Shown: positions 37,806-49,111 of the stretch, one piece after another
Layout of the letters: each line of letters begins with the position of its first letter
Position numbering within the stretch: position 1 is the stretch's first letter
NCBI GenBank assembly: GCA_963700145.1
Contig: OY969474.1
Span: 1,344,001 to 1,408,000 of the forward strand
DNA length: 64,000 nucleotides
DNA from: an uncultured Acidobacteriota bacterium
Lineage (GTDB): Bacteria > Acidobacteriota > Thermoanaerobaculia > Multivoradales > UBA5704
Direction: 5' to 3'
The notes under the pieces: generated by a model
What the model was told of the DNA's origin: nothing
The model's database searches: none
The model's input: only the letters and a program-made list of their open reading frames with translations
Translations under genes and position numbers: made by a program

Positions 37806-38468
37806 CTAGACGGGGACGGCCGGCACGACAGCGACGAGGATGGCGAGGAAGTGCAGGACGCTGCCGGCGAGGACGAAGCCGTGCCAGATGGCGTGGTGAT
37901 ACGGCAGCTTGCGCCAGAGGTAGAAAGCGACGCCGGCGGTGTAGGCGATGCCGCCAGCGAGCAGCAGGGCGAAGCCGCGCGGCGGCACGGCGGCGAGCAG
38001 CGGCTCGATGACCGCCACCACCGCCCAGCCCATCGCCAGGTAGAGGGCGACGAAGACCGCCGGCGGCACGCGCGGGCAGGCGGTACGCAAGACGATGCCG
38101 GTCACGGCCGCCGTCCAGATCGCGGCGAGCAGCCACCACCCCACGGGGCCGTGCAGGCTGACCAGCGCGAACGGCGTGTAGGTGCCGGCGATCAGCAGGT
38201 AGATCGCCGAGTGGTCGATCACCCGTAGGACCCTCTTCGCGCGCTCGAACGGGATGCTGTGGTAGAGCGTGGACGCCGTGTAGAGCAGGACCAGGGTGGC
38301 GCCGAAGACGGCGCAGCCGACGACGTGGCGCACGGTGCCGTGGCGGCTCGCGTAGTCGGCGAGGAGCGCCAGGCCGGCGACGGCCAGCACCGCGCCGGCA
38401 CCGTGGACGACGCTGTTGGCGATCTCCTCGCGCACGTTGTAGCGCGGCTCGCAGGCCCCGGCTGCCAT
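37806..38468 (-). CDS. Hemolysin III (PAQR) family membrane protein
   Basis: EEIANSVVHG, STLYHS, DHSAIYLLIAGTYTP, HAIWHGFV. Confidence 0.93.
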   Translation of the reverse strand: MAAGACEPRYNVREEIANSVVHGAGAVLAVAGLALLADYASRHGTVRHVVGCAVFGATLVLLYTASTLYHSIPFERAKRVLRVIDHSAIYLLIAGTYTPFALVSLHGPVGWWLLAAIWTAAVTGIVLRTACPRVPPAVFVALYLAMGWAVVAVIEPLLAAVPPRGFALLLAGGIAYTAGVAFYLWRKLPYHHAIWHGFVLAGSVLHFLAILVAVVPAVPV

Positions 38469-38512
38469 CGCCGCGGATGCTACCCGAAGCCCGCGGCGGA
38501 CGCGGGCTCCGG

Positions 38513-40957
38513 CTAGCCGGCGCGCAGCGTCGCGGCCGGGTCCATGCGGGCGGCGCGGCGGGCCGGGAGCCAGGTCGCGGCGAGCGCCACGGCGGCGAGG
38601 ACGAGCGGCACCGCCGCGAAGGTCGCCGGGTCGTCGGCGGTGACGCCGTAGATCTGGCCGGCCAGGAAGCGCGTCAGCAGGCGCGCCAGCGCCAGCCCGA
38701 TGCCGATGCCGGCGGCGGCCATCGCCATCCCTTCGCTCAGCACCAGGCGCAGCACGCGCGGGCGCGTCGCCCCGAGCACCACGCGGATGCCGATCTCGTG
38801 GCCGCGCGCCGCGACGCCGTAGGCGATGACGCCGTAGAGCCCGACCGCGGCGAGCGCCAGCGCCAGCCCGGCGAAGAGGGCGAGGAGGAGCGCCATGAAG
38901 CGCGGCTGCGAGAGCGCGGTGCCGACGACCTCGTCCATCGTGCACAGCCGCGCCACGGGGAGGCGCGGGTCGAGCCGGCGCACCGTCGCGCGCACCGCGG
39001 CCGCCAGCGCCAGCGGCTCCTCGCGGCCCTTGACCACCAGCGTCATGCCGCGGCGCAAGGAGCCGGTGGCGAGCTGGAACTGCTCGAGCGGCAGCACCAT
39101 CTCGGTGCGCGGCTCCTCGACGACGCCGTTGTGGTGGACGTCGGCGAAGACCCCGACGATGGTGAACCAGGGCCGGTCGGGCGCGGTGCCGAGCCGGAAG
39201 CGCTTGCCGAGGGCGTCCTGGCCCGGCCAGTAGCGCGCCGCCATGCTGCGGTTGACGACGACGGCGAAGGGCACGTCCGCGCGGTCGGTGTCGCGCAGGA
39301 GACGGCCGCGCAGGAGCCGCATGCCCATGGTCTCGAGGTAGCCGGGCGTCGCCACCTGCCAGTCGCCGTTGGGGTTCTCGCGCGGGTCGTGCGGCTTGCC
39401 TTCGAGGGTGATGCTCCAGTCGCCGATGATGCCGGTCAGCGGCAGCATGCGCACGGCGCCCGCCGACTCGACGCCGGGCAGCGCCTCGACCTCGGCGACC
39501 AGCCGCTGGTAGAAGCCGGCGATCTCGGCGGCGCCGGCATAGTCGCTCGCCGGCAGGGTGAGCTGGGCGGTGAGGACGCGGTCCGGGTCGAGCCCGAGGT
39601 CCACCTGCCGCAGCTGCCAGAGGCTGCGGAGCATGAGGCCGGAGCCGATCAGCAGGGCCACCGAGAGCGCCGTCTCGGCGACCACCAGGGCGCGGCGGAA
39701 GCGCTGGCGCGGCGGCCCGGCGGTGGCGCCGCGCGCGCCCTGGAGCACACCGCTCACCTCCGCCCGCGAGCCCTGCAGCGCCGGGGCGAGGCCGAAGAGG
39801 AGGCCGGTGGCGACGACGGCGCCGGCGGCGAAGAGGAAGGCTGTCCCGTCGAGCCCGACGGTCTCGACCCGCGGCACGGCGGCGGGCGCCAGCGCCACGA
39901 GGAGGCGGGTCGCGGCATAGGCCAGGGCGAGCCCCAGCGCGCCGCCGGCCGCGGCGAGGAGGAGGCTCTCGGTCAGGAGCTGGGCGAGGAGGCGGCCGCG
40001 GCCGGCGCCCAGGGCGACGAGCACCGCCACCTCGCGCCGCCGCCCCTCCGCGGCGGTAAGGAGAAGGTTGGTGACGTTGACGCAGGCGATGAGCAGAATG
40101 CAGGCGACCGTGCCCACGAGGACACGCAGCGCCGGCCGGATGCGGCGGGTCATCAGCTCGGCGACCGGGACGGCCGAGCGCTCGAGGCGGCGGTCCCCCT
40201 GGTCGTGGACGTGCCCCGCCTCGACCCACCGCCGGGCGATCGCCGCCAGCTCGCGGCTCGCCGCCGCCGGCGCGACGCCCGGCCGCAGGCGCCCGAAGCC
40301 GTAGAGCCAGCGGTCGCCCCAGTCCTCGAAAACGTCGGGGCCGAGGGCGAGCGGCACCCAGAGCTGCGGCGGCTGCTCCTCGCGGTAGGCGAGCGGCAGG
40401 TGGAAGTCGGCCGGCAGGACGCCGACGACGGTGTGCGGCTTGCCGTCGAGCTGGACGCTGCCGCCGACGATCCCGGGGTCGCCGCCATAGCGCCGCCGCC
40501 AGAGCGCTTCGCCGAGGAGGACGACCTGCTCGCGGCCCGGCACCTCCTCGTCGGCGGTGAAGGTGCGGCCGAGGAGCGGCGCGGCGCCGAGGATGGTGAA
40601 GCCATCGGCGGTGACCGAGGCGGCGGCGATCCGCTCGGGCTCGCCCGCGCCGGTCAGGTTGGCGGCGAAGTCGGTGAAGGCCGCCAGCTCGGTGAAGGAC
40701 CGCGACGACTGGCGGTACTCGACGATCTCGCGCCAGGAGATCCAGGTCTCGTCGTCCGGGTAGAGCATGTTCCAGAGGATGACGACGCGCTCGGGCTCGG
40801 GGTACGGCAGCGGCTGCAGCAGGACGGCGCGGACGACGCTGAAGAGCGCCGTCGTGGCGCCGATGCCGAGCGCGATCGTGAGGAGCGCTGTGGCGGTGAA
40901 GCCGGGCCGCAGCGCGGCGCGGCGGAGGGCGAGACGGAAGTCCTGGACGAAGGGCAT
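38513..40957 (-). CDS. ABC transporter permease (duplicated MacB/FtsX, ADOP-like)
   Basis: QDFRLALR...PGFT...LGIGATTALFSVV, LLIACVNV.NLL, EIGIRVVLGA, PARRAARMDP. Confidence 0.92.
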   Translation of the reverse strand: MPFVQDFRLALRRAALRPGFTATALLTIALGIGATTALFSVVRAVLLQPLPYPEPERVVILWNMLYPDDETWISWREIVEYRQSSRSFTELAAFTDFAANLTGAGEPERIAAASVTADGFTILGAAPLLGRTFTADEEVPGREQVVLLGEALWRRRYGGDPGIVGGSVQLDGKPHTVVGVLPADFHLPLAYREEQPPQLWVPLALGPDVFEDWGDRWLYGFGRLRPGVAPAAASRELAAIARRWVEAGHVHDQGDRRLERSAVPVAELMTRRIRPALRVLVGTVACILLIACVNVTNLLLTAAEGRRREVAVLVALGAGRGRLLAQLLTESLLLAAAGGALGLALAYAATRLLVALAPAAVPRVETVGLDGTAFLFAAGAVVATGLLFGLAPALQGSRAEVSGVLQGARGATAGPPRQRFRRALVVAETALSVALLIGSGLMLRSLWQLRQVDLGLDPDRVLTAQLTLPASDYAGAAEIAGFYQRLVAEVEALPGVESAGAVRMLPLTGIIGDWSITLEGKPHDPRENPNGDWQVATPGYLETMGMRLLRGRLLRDTDRADVPFAVVVNRSMAARYWPGQDALGKRFRLGTAPDRPWFTIVGVFADVHHNGVVEEPRTEMVLPLEQFQLATGSLRRGMTLVVKGREEPLALAAAVRATVRRLDPRLPVARLCTMDEVVGTALSQPRFMALLLALFAGLALALAAVGLYGVIAYGVAARGHEIGIRVVLGATRPRVLRLVLSEGMAMAAAGIGIGLALARLLTRFLAGQIYGVTADDPATFAAVPLVLAAVALAATWLPARRAARMDPAATLRAG

Positions 40958-41036
40958 GGCGGCGCCTCCCGGGTCGAAGTGTCCTGCCGGTGGATACCGG
41001 GGGAGGAGCGAGGGGTTACAGTGGTAGGTTAGCTCC

Positions 41037-41474
41037 GTGACCTCGACGCCGGTCCAGACAGCCCGCGATCTCGCCGAGCGGGCAGCTCGCGCTCTCGCCG
41101 CCGACCCGCAGGTGCGCTTGGTCTTCCTCTTCGGCTCGGCCGCCGATCCGGACGTTGCGGAGGTCGGAGACGTCGACCTGGCGGTCTGGACCGAGCCGCC
41201 CCTCAGCGCGCGGGAGCTGCTCGATCTGCGGACTGCGCTCGTGCAGGCCGTAGGCGGCCCGCTCGATGTCGTCTCCCTCAACCGCGCGCCGATCGTCCTC
41301 GCGTGGGAGGTGGCCGAGCACGGAATCTGTCTCCATGCCGCACCGCCGGAGACAGAGACCGAGTTCGTGACCCGTGCGCGGGCTCGCTACTGGGACTTCA
41401 AGCCTTTCCTCGAGGTCCAGTGGCGGTATGCAGGCGAGCGCCAGGCGGCGCGCCGGCATGGTCCTCAAGCCTGA
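41037..41474 (+). CDS. MNT antitoxin (MntA-like)
   Basis: VFLFGSAA...GDVDLAV...LDVVSLNRAP. Confidence 0.88.
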   Translation: MTSTPVQTARDLAERAARALAADPQVRLVFLFGSAADPDVAEVGDVDLAVWTEPPLSARELLDLRTALVQAVGGPLDVVSLNRAPIVLAWEVAEHGICLHAAPPETETEFVTRARARYWDFKPFLEVQWRYAGERQAARRHGPQA

Positions 41475-41889
41475 GTCGATCCGCTCGCGCCTCCTGAACC
41501 TCGAGGAGGTGTCCTCGCGCCTGGAGCAGGTGGGGCCGCTCAGCGCCGACCGCCTCGCCGCGAGCTTCCGCGACGCCTGGGTCGCGGAGCGCGGGCTGCA
41601 GCTCGGAGCCGAGATCATCCTCGACGTCGGCAATCACATCCTGAGCGCGTACTTCGGCGTCAGCGCCGAGGACCACGAGGCAGTGGTCACGCTGCTGGGC
41701 CGGCACGGAGTGATCGAGGAAGACTTGCGCGCGCGTCTCGCCGGCCTGGGTGGGTTCCGCAACATCCTTGTGCACGACTACCTGCGCATCGACCCCGAGC
41801 TGGTCGCCGAGAGCCTCGCGCGAGCGCCGCGCGACTTCTCGGACTTCGCCATCGCGATCCGACGCTGGCTGGAAGGCGCGGGGCGCTAG
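41458..41889 (+). CDS. HEPN/DUF86 RNase toxin (HepT-like)
   Basis: GFRNILVHDY (RX4HXY) motif; overlaps the MNT gene. Confidence 0.9.
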   Translation: MVLKPESIRSRLLNLEEVSSRLEQVGPLSADRLAASFRDAWVAERGLQLGAEIILDVGNHILSAYFGVSAEDHEAVVTLLGRHGVIEEDLRARLAGLGGFRNILVHDYLRIDPELVAESLARAPRDFSDFAIAIRRWLEGAGR

Positions 41890-41951
41890 CGTCAGGCAGT
41901 GCTACCATCCGCCGGGTTTTTCGGCCTGACCTCCTGGAGGTACTCCAGCGC

Positions 41952-43619
41952 ATGGAACCGGAGCGGGAGACTCTCGAGCTGGACGTCCTCTTCGTGGGGG
42001 CGGGGCCGGCGAGCCTGGCGGGGGCGTATCACTTGGCGCGGCTCGCCGCCGAGCAGAAGCTCGAGGTGTCGATCGCGGTGCTCGAGAAGGGCAAGGAGAT
42101 CGGCAGCCACGCGCTCTCGGGCGCGGTCGTCGATCCGCGCGCCCTTCGCGAGCTCTTCCCCGAGGACTGGCGCTCGGCGCCCTTCGAGGCGCCGGTCGAG
42201 CACGAGCGGCTCCTCTGGCTGACCGGCAAGCGCGCCCTCCCCCTCCCCATCCCGCCGCCGCTCGAAAACGAAGGCAACTACGTCGCCTCGCTCGGCAAGC
42301 TCTTGAAGTGGATGGCGCCGAAGGTCGAGGCGGCCGGCGTCGACATCTTCTACGAGTTCCCGGCCGTCGCCGTGCTCATGGACGGCGAGCGCGGTGATCG
42401 CGTCGTGGGCGTGCGCACCGGCGACCGCGGCGTCGGGCGCGACGGCCGGCGCAAGGCCAACTACGAGCCGGGCGTGGACATCCGCGCCAAGGTCACGGTA
42501 CTCGGCGAGGGCCCGCGCGGCACGCTCGCCAAGCAGCTCGAGGAGCGGCTCGGCCTGGCCGAGGGCCGGAACCCGCAGGTCTACTCGATCGGCTTGAAGG
42601 AGGTCTGGGACCTCCCCCACGGCCACGTCGAGCCGGGGCAGGTGATCCACACCATGGGCTGGCCGCTCGGCCTGCACACCTTCGGCGGCGGCTTCGTGTA
42701 CGGGATGCAGGGCGATCAGGCGATCGTCGGGCTGGTCGTCGGCCTCGACTACGAGGACCCGCTGCTCGACCCGCACGTCCTCTTCCAGCGCTTCAAGACC
42801 CATCCCGAGATCGCCGCCCTCCTCGACGGCGGCCGCATGGCCTTCTACGGCGCCAAGGCGATCCCGGAAGGGGGCTGGTGGGCGATGCCGCGCCTCGCGG
42901 GCGACGGGTTCCTGATCGTCGGCGACTCGGGGGGCCTCCTCAACAGCCAGCGCTTGAAGGGCATCCACCTGGCGATGAAGTCGGGGATGCTGGCGGCGGA
43001 GACGATCTTCGAGGGGCTCCGCGCGGGCGCGCTCGACGGCGAGCGGCTGGCGGGTTACGAGCGGAAGATCGAGGAGAGCTGGGTGCGCGAGGAGCTGTGG
43101 GCGGTGCGCAACTTCCACCAGGCCTTCGACCACGGCGTCGTGGCGGGGATGTTCCAGGCGGGGGTGGGCCTCGTGACCGGCGGCCGCGGCTGGGGCTTCC
43201 GCGACCGGCTTCCCACGCGCCCGGGCCACGCGCGCATGGTGCCGCTCGACACGCCGGAGGGCCGAAGGTTCCAGCCGGAGCCGCTCCGCCCCGACGGCAA
43301 GGTCACCTTCGACCGCCTGACCGGTGTCTACCACTCCGGCACCGCGCACGAGGAGGACCAGCCGGTCCATCTCATCGTCCACGACACCGACGTCTGCATC
43401 TACCAGTGCGCCGTCGAGTACGCCAACCCCTGCACCCGCTTCTGCCCCGCTGCGGTCTACGAGTGGGTGAGCGACCCGGCCTCCCCCACCGGCGAGCGCC
43501 TGCAGATCAACGCCAGCAACTGCGTCCACTGCAAGACCTGCGACATCATGGACCCCTACGAGATCATCACCTGGGTGCCGCCGGAGGGCGGCGGCGGGCC
43601 CAATTACTCGAAAATGTAA
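41952..43619 (+). CDS. Electron transfer flavoprotein-ubiquinone oxidoreductase
   Basis: GAGPA, EKGKEIGSHALSGA, KGIHLAMKSG, FCPAAVYE, NCVHCKTCDI, WVPPEGGGGPNY. Confidence 0.95.
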   Translation: MEPERETLELDVLFVGAGPASLAGAYHLARLAAEQKLEVSIAVLEKGKEIGSHALSGAVVDPRALRELFPEDWRSAPFEAPVEHERLLWLTGKRALPLPIPPPLENEGNYVASLGKLLKWMAPKVEAAGVDIFYEFPAVAVLMDGERGDRVVGVRTGDRGVGRDGRRKANYEPGVDIRAKVTVLGEGPRGTLAKQLEERLGLAEGRNPQVYSIGLKEVWDLPHGHVEPGQVIHTMGWPLGLHTFGGGFVYGMQGDQAIVGLVVGLDYEDPLLDPHVLFQRFKTHPEIAALLDGGRMAFYGAKAIPEGGWWAMPRLAGDGFLIVGDSGGLLNSQRLKGIHLAMKSGMLAAETIFEGLRAGALDGERLAGYERKIEESWVREELWAVRNFHQAFDHGVVAGMFQAGVGLVTGGRGWGFRDRLPTRPGHARMVPLDTPEGRRFQPEPLRPDGKVTFDRLTGVYHSGTAHEEDQPVHLIVHDTDVCIYQCAVEYANPCTRFCPAAVYEWVSDPASPTGERLQINASNCVHCKTCDIMDPYEIITWVPPEGGGGPNYSKM

Positions 43620-43620
43620 A

Positions 43621-43651
43621 AAAAACGCCCGGCACGTCGGCCGGGCGCTAC
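43621..43651 (-). repeat. GTAG-type REP, family B
   Basis: aaaacgcccggc acgtcg gccgggcg ctac hairpin; copies at 44908 and 53332. Confidence 0.8.
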
Positions 43652-43672
43652 GGAGATTCCTTTGGCTGGGGG

Positions 43673-44845
43673 TCAACCCTTCGGGCCGATCGAGCAGTCG
43701 CCGCTGCCGGTCTCGCAGCGGATCTTGGTGCGGCCGTTGCCGCGCCGCGCGCCGACCACCTTGCGGCCGTCCTTGCGCAGCTCCGCGTCGTCGTAGCCGA
43801 CATGCACGTCGCCGCTCCCCTGGCTCGCCGACATCTCGAAGGAGGCCGCCGGACCGGCCAGCACGCGGACGTCGCCGCTGCCGGTGTCGACGTGGATGCT
43901 GCGCGTCTCGGCGAGCGAGGTCTCGACGGTCACGTCCCCCGAGCCGGTGTCGGCGGCCAGCTCCTCGACCTCGACGCCGAGGACGCGGATCGAGCCCGAG
44001 CCGGTGTCGGCGGAGAGGGTGGCGACGGCGCCGCGGCTGACCATGACGTCGCCGGAGCCGGTGTCCACCGAGAGCTTGCCGGCCTTGACCTGGGCGATCG
44101 AGACGTCGCCGGAGCCGGTGTCCACCGAGCCGTTGCCCACCCACTGCTGGACGGTGACGTCGCCCGAGCCTGTGTCGACCGAGGTCTCGCCGCGAGTGCT
44201 GCCGAGCGTGACGTCGCCGGAGCCGGTGTCGACGACCAGGCCGCCGGCGAAGGCGGCGAGCTGCACGTCGCCGGAGCCGGTGTCGACCACCAGGGTTCCC
44301 TGCAGCGAGCCGCCGCGCACCGCGCCGACGACGTTGCGCACCGCCAGGTCGGCGTCGTGCGGCATGCCGATTTTGAGGTTGGCGTAGAGGATCGGCACGG
44401 ACGAGCGGCGGCTGGCGTAGATGCGCACGCGCTCGCCGCGGTAGGTGCTGCTGGTGTGGCCGAAGTCGATGCCCAGGATCTCCACCTGGTGCCCCTTGCG
44501 CGGGTAGGCGAAGCCGTCGTAGTCGTCCACCGGGTAGGTCAGCACCCACTCCTCGCGGCCCTTCTTGTCGTGGTCCTTGACCCAGTGCATGCCGTCGAGG
44601 AGCTTGCGAGTCTCGGCGGCGTCCCGCCCCTCGGCGTGGACGGTGGTCTCGACGACGATCTCGGCGCCCTTGATCGGCACCAGCTCGATCCGCCCCGCCA
44701 GGTTGGCGAGCCGGACCTTGCCGGCGGCCGGGAAGCCGCGGCGGAAGCCCCGGGTCGTGGTCTCGGCGGCGGCGGCCGTGGCGCCGGTGGCGAGCAGACA
44801 GACGAAGGCCGCGGCGAGCGCGGGCCTGCGGTGGTAAGTGGTCAT
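43673..44845 (-). CDS. DUF4097-type beta-repeat secreted protein
   Basis: Signal peptide; about ten (V/A)DTGSGD(V) repeats. Confidence 0.85.
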   Translation of the reverse strand: MTTYHRRPALAAAFVCLLATGATAAAAETTTRGFRRGFPAAGKVRLANLAGRIELVPIKGAEIVVETTVHAEGRDAAETRKLLDGMHWVKDHDKKGREEWVLTYPVDDYDGFAYPRKGHQVEILGIDFGHTSSTYRGERVRIYASRRSSVPILYANLKIGMPHDADLAVRNVVGAVRGGSLQGTLVVDTGSGDVQLAAFAGGLVVDTGSGDVTLGSTRGETSVDTGSGDVTVQQWVGNGSVDTGSGDVSIAQVKAGKLSVDTGSGDVMVSRGAVATLSADTGSGSIRVLGVEVEELAADTGSGDVTVETSLAETRSIHVDTGSGDVRVLAGPAASFEMSASQGSGDVHVGYDDAELRKDGRKVVGARRGNGRTKIRCETGSGDCSIGPKG

Positions 44846-44907
44846 GGCGGTGGTCCTCCTCCGGGGTGCATTACGGGAGTAGACATCTAAAGGTTGCAAA
44901 GCCCAAG

Positions 44908-44937
44908 AAAACGCCCGGCACGTAGGCCGGGCGCTAC
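44908..44937 (-). repeat. GTAG-type REP, family B
   Basis: aaaacgcccggcacgtaggccgggcgctac. Confidence 0.8.
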
Positions 44938-44946
44938 ACTGCCCCG

Positions 44947-47100
44947 ATGCGCCCGCCGACACCGCTTCTCCTCCTCCTCGCCGCGCTCCCCCTGGCCGCC
45001 AACGGCCCGGCGCCGCCGCGGGAGCTGACGCTCGACCTGGTCTTTGCGGAGGGGACCGGCGGGCGGCAGCCGAGCGAGCTCGCCTGGTCGCCCGACGGCA
45101 CCCGCCTCGCCTACCTCTGGGACGACGGCGGCGGCGAGGCGCTGTGGGTGCTCGACGCGGCGACCGGGAGGGGCGAGCCGGTGCTGCGGCGGGAGGAGAT
45201 CGACGAGCTCGTCTGGTCGCCCGCGGGCGACGCCATCGCCCTCCTCGCCGAGGGCGACCTCTCCCTCCTGACCCTGCGCGACCGCAGCTTCGCCCGCCTC
45301 ACCACGACGCCGGAGAAAGAGGAGGCGCCGGCCTTCTCGCCGGACGGCAAGCGCCTCGCCTTCGTGCGCGACTTCGACCTCCACCTCCTCGACCTGGCGA
45401 CCAGGAAGGAGCGCGCCCTCACCACGGACGGCGAGGAGAACCAGGTCCTCAACGGCACCACCGACTGGCTCTACTGGGAGGAGATCTGGAACCGCGAGGC
45501 AACCGGCTTCTGGTGGGCGCCGGACGGGCGGCGGATCGCCTACTACCGGTTCGAGGAGGCGGCCGTGCCGCAGTACCCGCTGGTGGACGAGCTGCCGCGC
45601 CACCCCGAGGTGCGCTGGCAGCGGTATCCCACGGCCGGCGAGACGAACCCGCTGGTCAAGGTCGGCGTGCTCGACGTGGCGAGCGGCAGGACCACCTGGC
45701 TCGCCACCAGCGGCGCTCCGGACGACTACCTGGCGCGCGTCCACTGGGCGCCGGACGGCGAGCGCGTGGCGGTCGAGCACCTCGACCGGGAGCAGACCCG
45801 CCTTACCCTCCTCCTTTGCGGCGCCGCCGACGGCCGCTGCGCTCCGCTCCACGTCGAGGAGCTGCCGCCCTGGATCAACCTCGCCAGCGACTTTCGCTTC
45901 CTCCCCGACGGCCGCTTCCTCCGGGGCTCCGAGCGCGAGGGCTACCGCCGCCTCACCCTGCACGCCGCGGACGGCCGCGAGCTGCGCGCGGTGACGCCGC
46001 CCGGCTGGGCGGTCGCCTCGCTCGACGGCCTCGACGCCGAGCGCGGGGTGGTGGTGGCGACCGGCTTCCAGACCGGCGGCCTGGGGGCGGCCGAGCGGCA
46101 GGTGCGGCGCGTCTCGCTGGAGCGCGACGAGGTTGAGAACTTGACGCCGCGCGCCGGCTGGAACACGGCGCTCGCCGCGCCGCGCACCGGCTCCTGGGTC
46201 CACACCTGGAGCGACGCCAACACCCCGCCTCGTCTGGTGCTGCGGCAGGCCGACGGCGGCGAGGCGGCCCTCCTGCCGTCGGCGCCGCCGCTCTTCGATC
46301 CGGCGGCAGTCTCTCCGTGGCGGCTCTTCACCATCGCCGGCCCGGAGGGGTCGCGGCTGCCGGCGCGGTCGCTCGAGCCCGCCGGCTTCGACACCCGCCG
46401 CCGCTACCCGGTCCTCATCTACCACTACGGCGGGCCGGGCTCGCAGGTGGTCGCCAACCGCTGGGAGGGGACCGTGCGCGGCCTCTGGCACCGGGCGATG
46501 GCGCAGCGCGGCTACGCGGTGCTCTTGGTCGACAACCAGGCCTCGCTCTTCTTCGGCCGCGCCGGCGAGGACCGCCTCCACCGCCGCTTCGGCGAGGTGG
46601 AGCTGGCCGGCCAGCTCGCCGGGGTGGAACACCTGAAGGGGCTCGGCTGGGTGGACCCGGCGCGCCTCGGGCTCTGGGGGTGGTCGGGCGGCGGCTTCAA
46701 CACCCTCTACAGCCTGTTCAACCGCCCCGGCGTCTGGTGCGCCGGGGTGGCCGGCGCGCCACCCACCGACTGGCACCTCTACGACACGGTCTGGACCGAG
46801 CGCTACCTCGACCACCCCCGCGACAACGAGAAGGGCTACGAGGCGTCGTCACCGGTCACCTACGCGGCGAAGCTCGCCGACCACCTGCTCCTCGTCCATG
46901 GCACCGGCGACGACAACGTCCATCCGCAGAACTCGACCGTGCTGGCCCAGAAGCTCGTCGAAGCCGGCCGCCCCTTCGAGGAAGCCTTCTACCCCAACCA
47001 GAAGCACGGCATGACCGGCGCCGCGCAGGAGCACTTCTATCGCCGGATGACCGAGTTCTTCGACCGGCACCTCAGGGAGCCGAAGACGCCGTCACCCTGA
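44947..47100 (+). CDS. Dipeptidyl peptidase IV (S9B)
   Basis: YWEEI, WGWSGGG, HGTGDDNVH, QKHG catalytic residues; beta-propeller repeats. Confidence 0.93.
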   Translation: MRPPTPLLLLLAALPLAANGPAPPRELTLDLVFAEGTGGRQPSELAWSPDGTRLAYLWDDGGGEALWVLDAATGRGEPVLRREEIDELVWSPAGDAIALLAEGDLSLLTLRDRSFARLTTTPEKEEAPAFSPDGKRLAFVRDFDLHLLDLATRKERALTTDGEENQVLNGTTDWLYWEEIWNREATGFWWAPDGRRIAYYRFEEAAVPQYPLVDELPRHPEVRWQRYPTAGETNPLVKVGVLDVASGRTTWLATSGAPDDYLARVHWAPDGERVAVEHLDREQTRLTLLLCGAADGRCAPLHVEELPPWINLASDFRFLPDGRFLRGSEREGYRRLTLHAADGRELRAVTPPGWAVASLDGLDAERGVVVATGFQTGGLGAAERQVRRVSLERDEVENLTPRAGWNTALAAPRTGSWVHTWSDANTPPRLVLRQADGGEAALLPSAPPLFDPAAVSPWRLFTIAGPEGSRLPARSLEPAGFDTRRRYPVLIYHYGGPGSQVVANRWEGTVRGLWHRAMAQRGYAVLLVDNQASLFFGRAGEDRLHRRFGEVELAGQLAGVEHLKGLGWVDPARLGLWGWSGGGFNTLYSLFNRPGVWCAGVAGAPPTDWHLYDTVWTERYLDHPRDNEKGYEASSPVTYAAKLADHLLLVHGTGDDNVHPQNSTVLAQKLVEAGRPFEEAFYPNQKHGMTGAAQEHFYRRMTEFFDRHLREPKTPSP

Positions 47101-47451
47101 GAAGGCGGCGCCGGCCCAGAAGTCCTCCCAATCGAGGTCGGAGACGTGCTGGTACTCGCGCCAGTGGCTGACCTTGTCGTCGCGCAGCTTGACGAGGACG
47201 ACGCCGTGGTAGCGCTGGTGCCCCTCGTAGCTGTACTCGGCGGCGCCCACCTGGCGCGCCTCGTCGAAGACGGCGTTGTGCCAGACGGTGCGCTGCTCGT
47301 ACCCGCCGTCGTCCTGGAAGAAACGGAGCAGCTCGGCGCGGGAGGCGTGGCGGTAGCGGAGCGGGTCGGCGTAGCGGACGTCCTCGGCGAACCAGCCGGC
47401 GGCGCCCTCGTAGTCCCGCGCCGTCCACGCCCGCGCCAGGTCGGCGAGCAT
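47092..47451 (-). CDS. SnoaL/NTF2-like protein
   Basis: FAEDVRYADP...KVSHWREY; start uncertain. Confidence 0.75.
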   Translation of the reverse strand: MLADLARAWTARDYEGAAGWFAEDVRYADPLRYRHASRAELLRFFQDDGGYEQRTVWHNAVFDEARQVGAAEYSYEGHQRYHGVVLVKLRDDKVSHWREYQHVSDLDWEDFWAGAAFSG

Positions 47452-47471
47452 GGCCTCGAACCCGGCCTGAG

Positions 47472-48731
<1,260 letters not shown>

Positions 48732-48768
48732 AAGGTTGTCGGCGGGGAGTTCGGCGGGGTCCGCGGGG

Positions 48769-49011
48769 TCAGTTCTGGTCCCCGGCGTTGTTCTGGATGT
48801 ACTCGACGGCCTCGCGGACGTTGCCGATCTTCTCGGCGTGCTCGTCCGGGATCTCGATCCCGAACTCCTCTTCGAAGGCCATGACCAGCTCGACGATGTC
48901 GAGCGAGTCGGCGCCCAGGTCCTCGGTGAAGCTGGCGTCCGGCGTCACCTCGTCCTCGTCGACGCCGAGCTGCTCCACGATGATGCTCTTCACCCTCTCT
49001 TGTACCGCCAT
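48769..49011 (-). CDS. acpP: Acyl carrier protein
   Basis: [20 protein letters not shown]; SD GGAGG upstream of the ATG at 49011. Confidence 0.96.
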   Translation of the reverse strand: MAVQERVKSIIVEQLGVDEDEVTPDASFTEDLGADSLDIVELVMAFEEEFGIEIPDEHAEKIGNVREAVEYIQNNAGDQN

Positions 49012-49111
49012 CGCTGTCATCCCTCCATGCGGTGGAAATGCGGCCAGCCCCGCGGGTTTGTAGCACAAAGCAAAGGGGAGGCCAAGGCCGCCGCGGCGCC
49101 TCCGGCGGCGG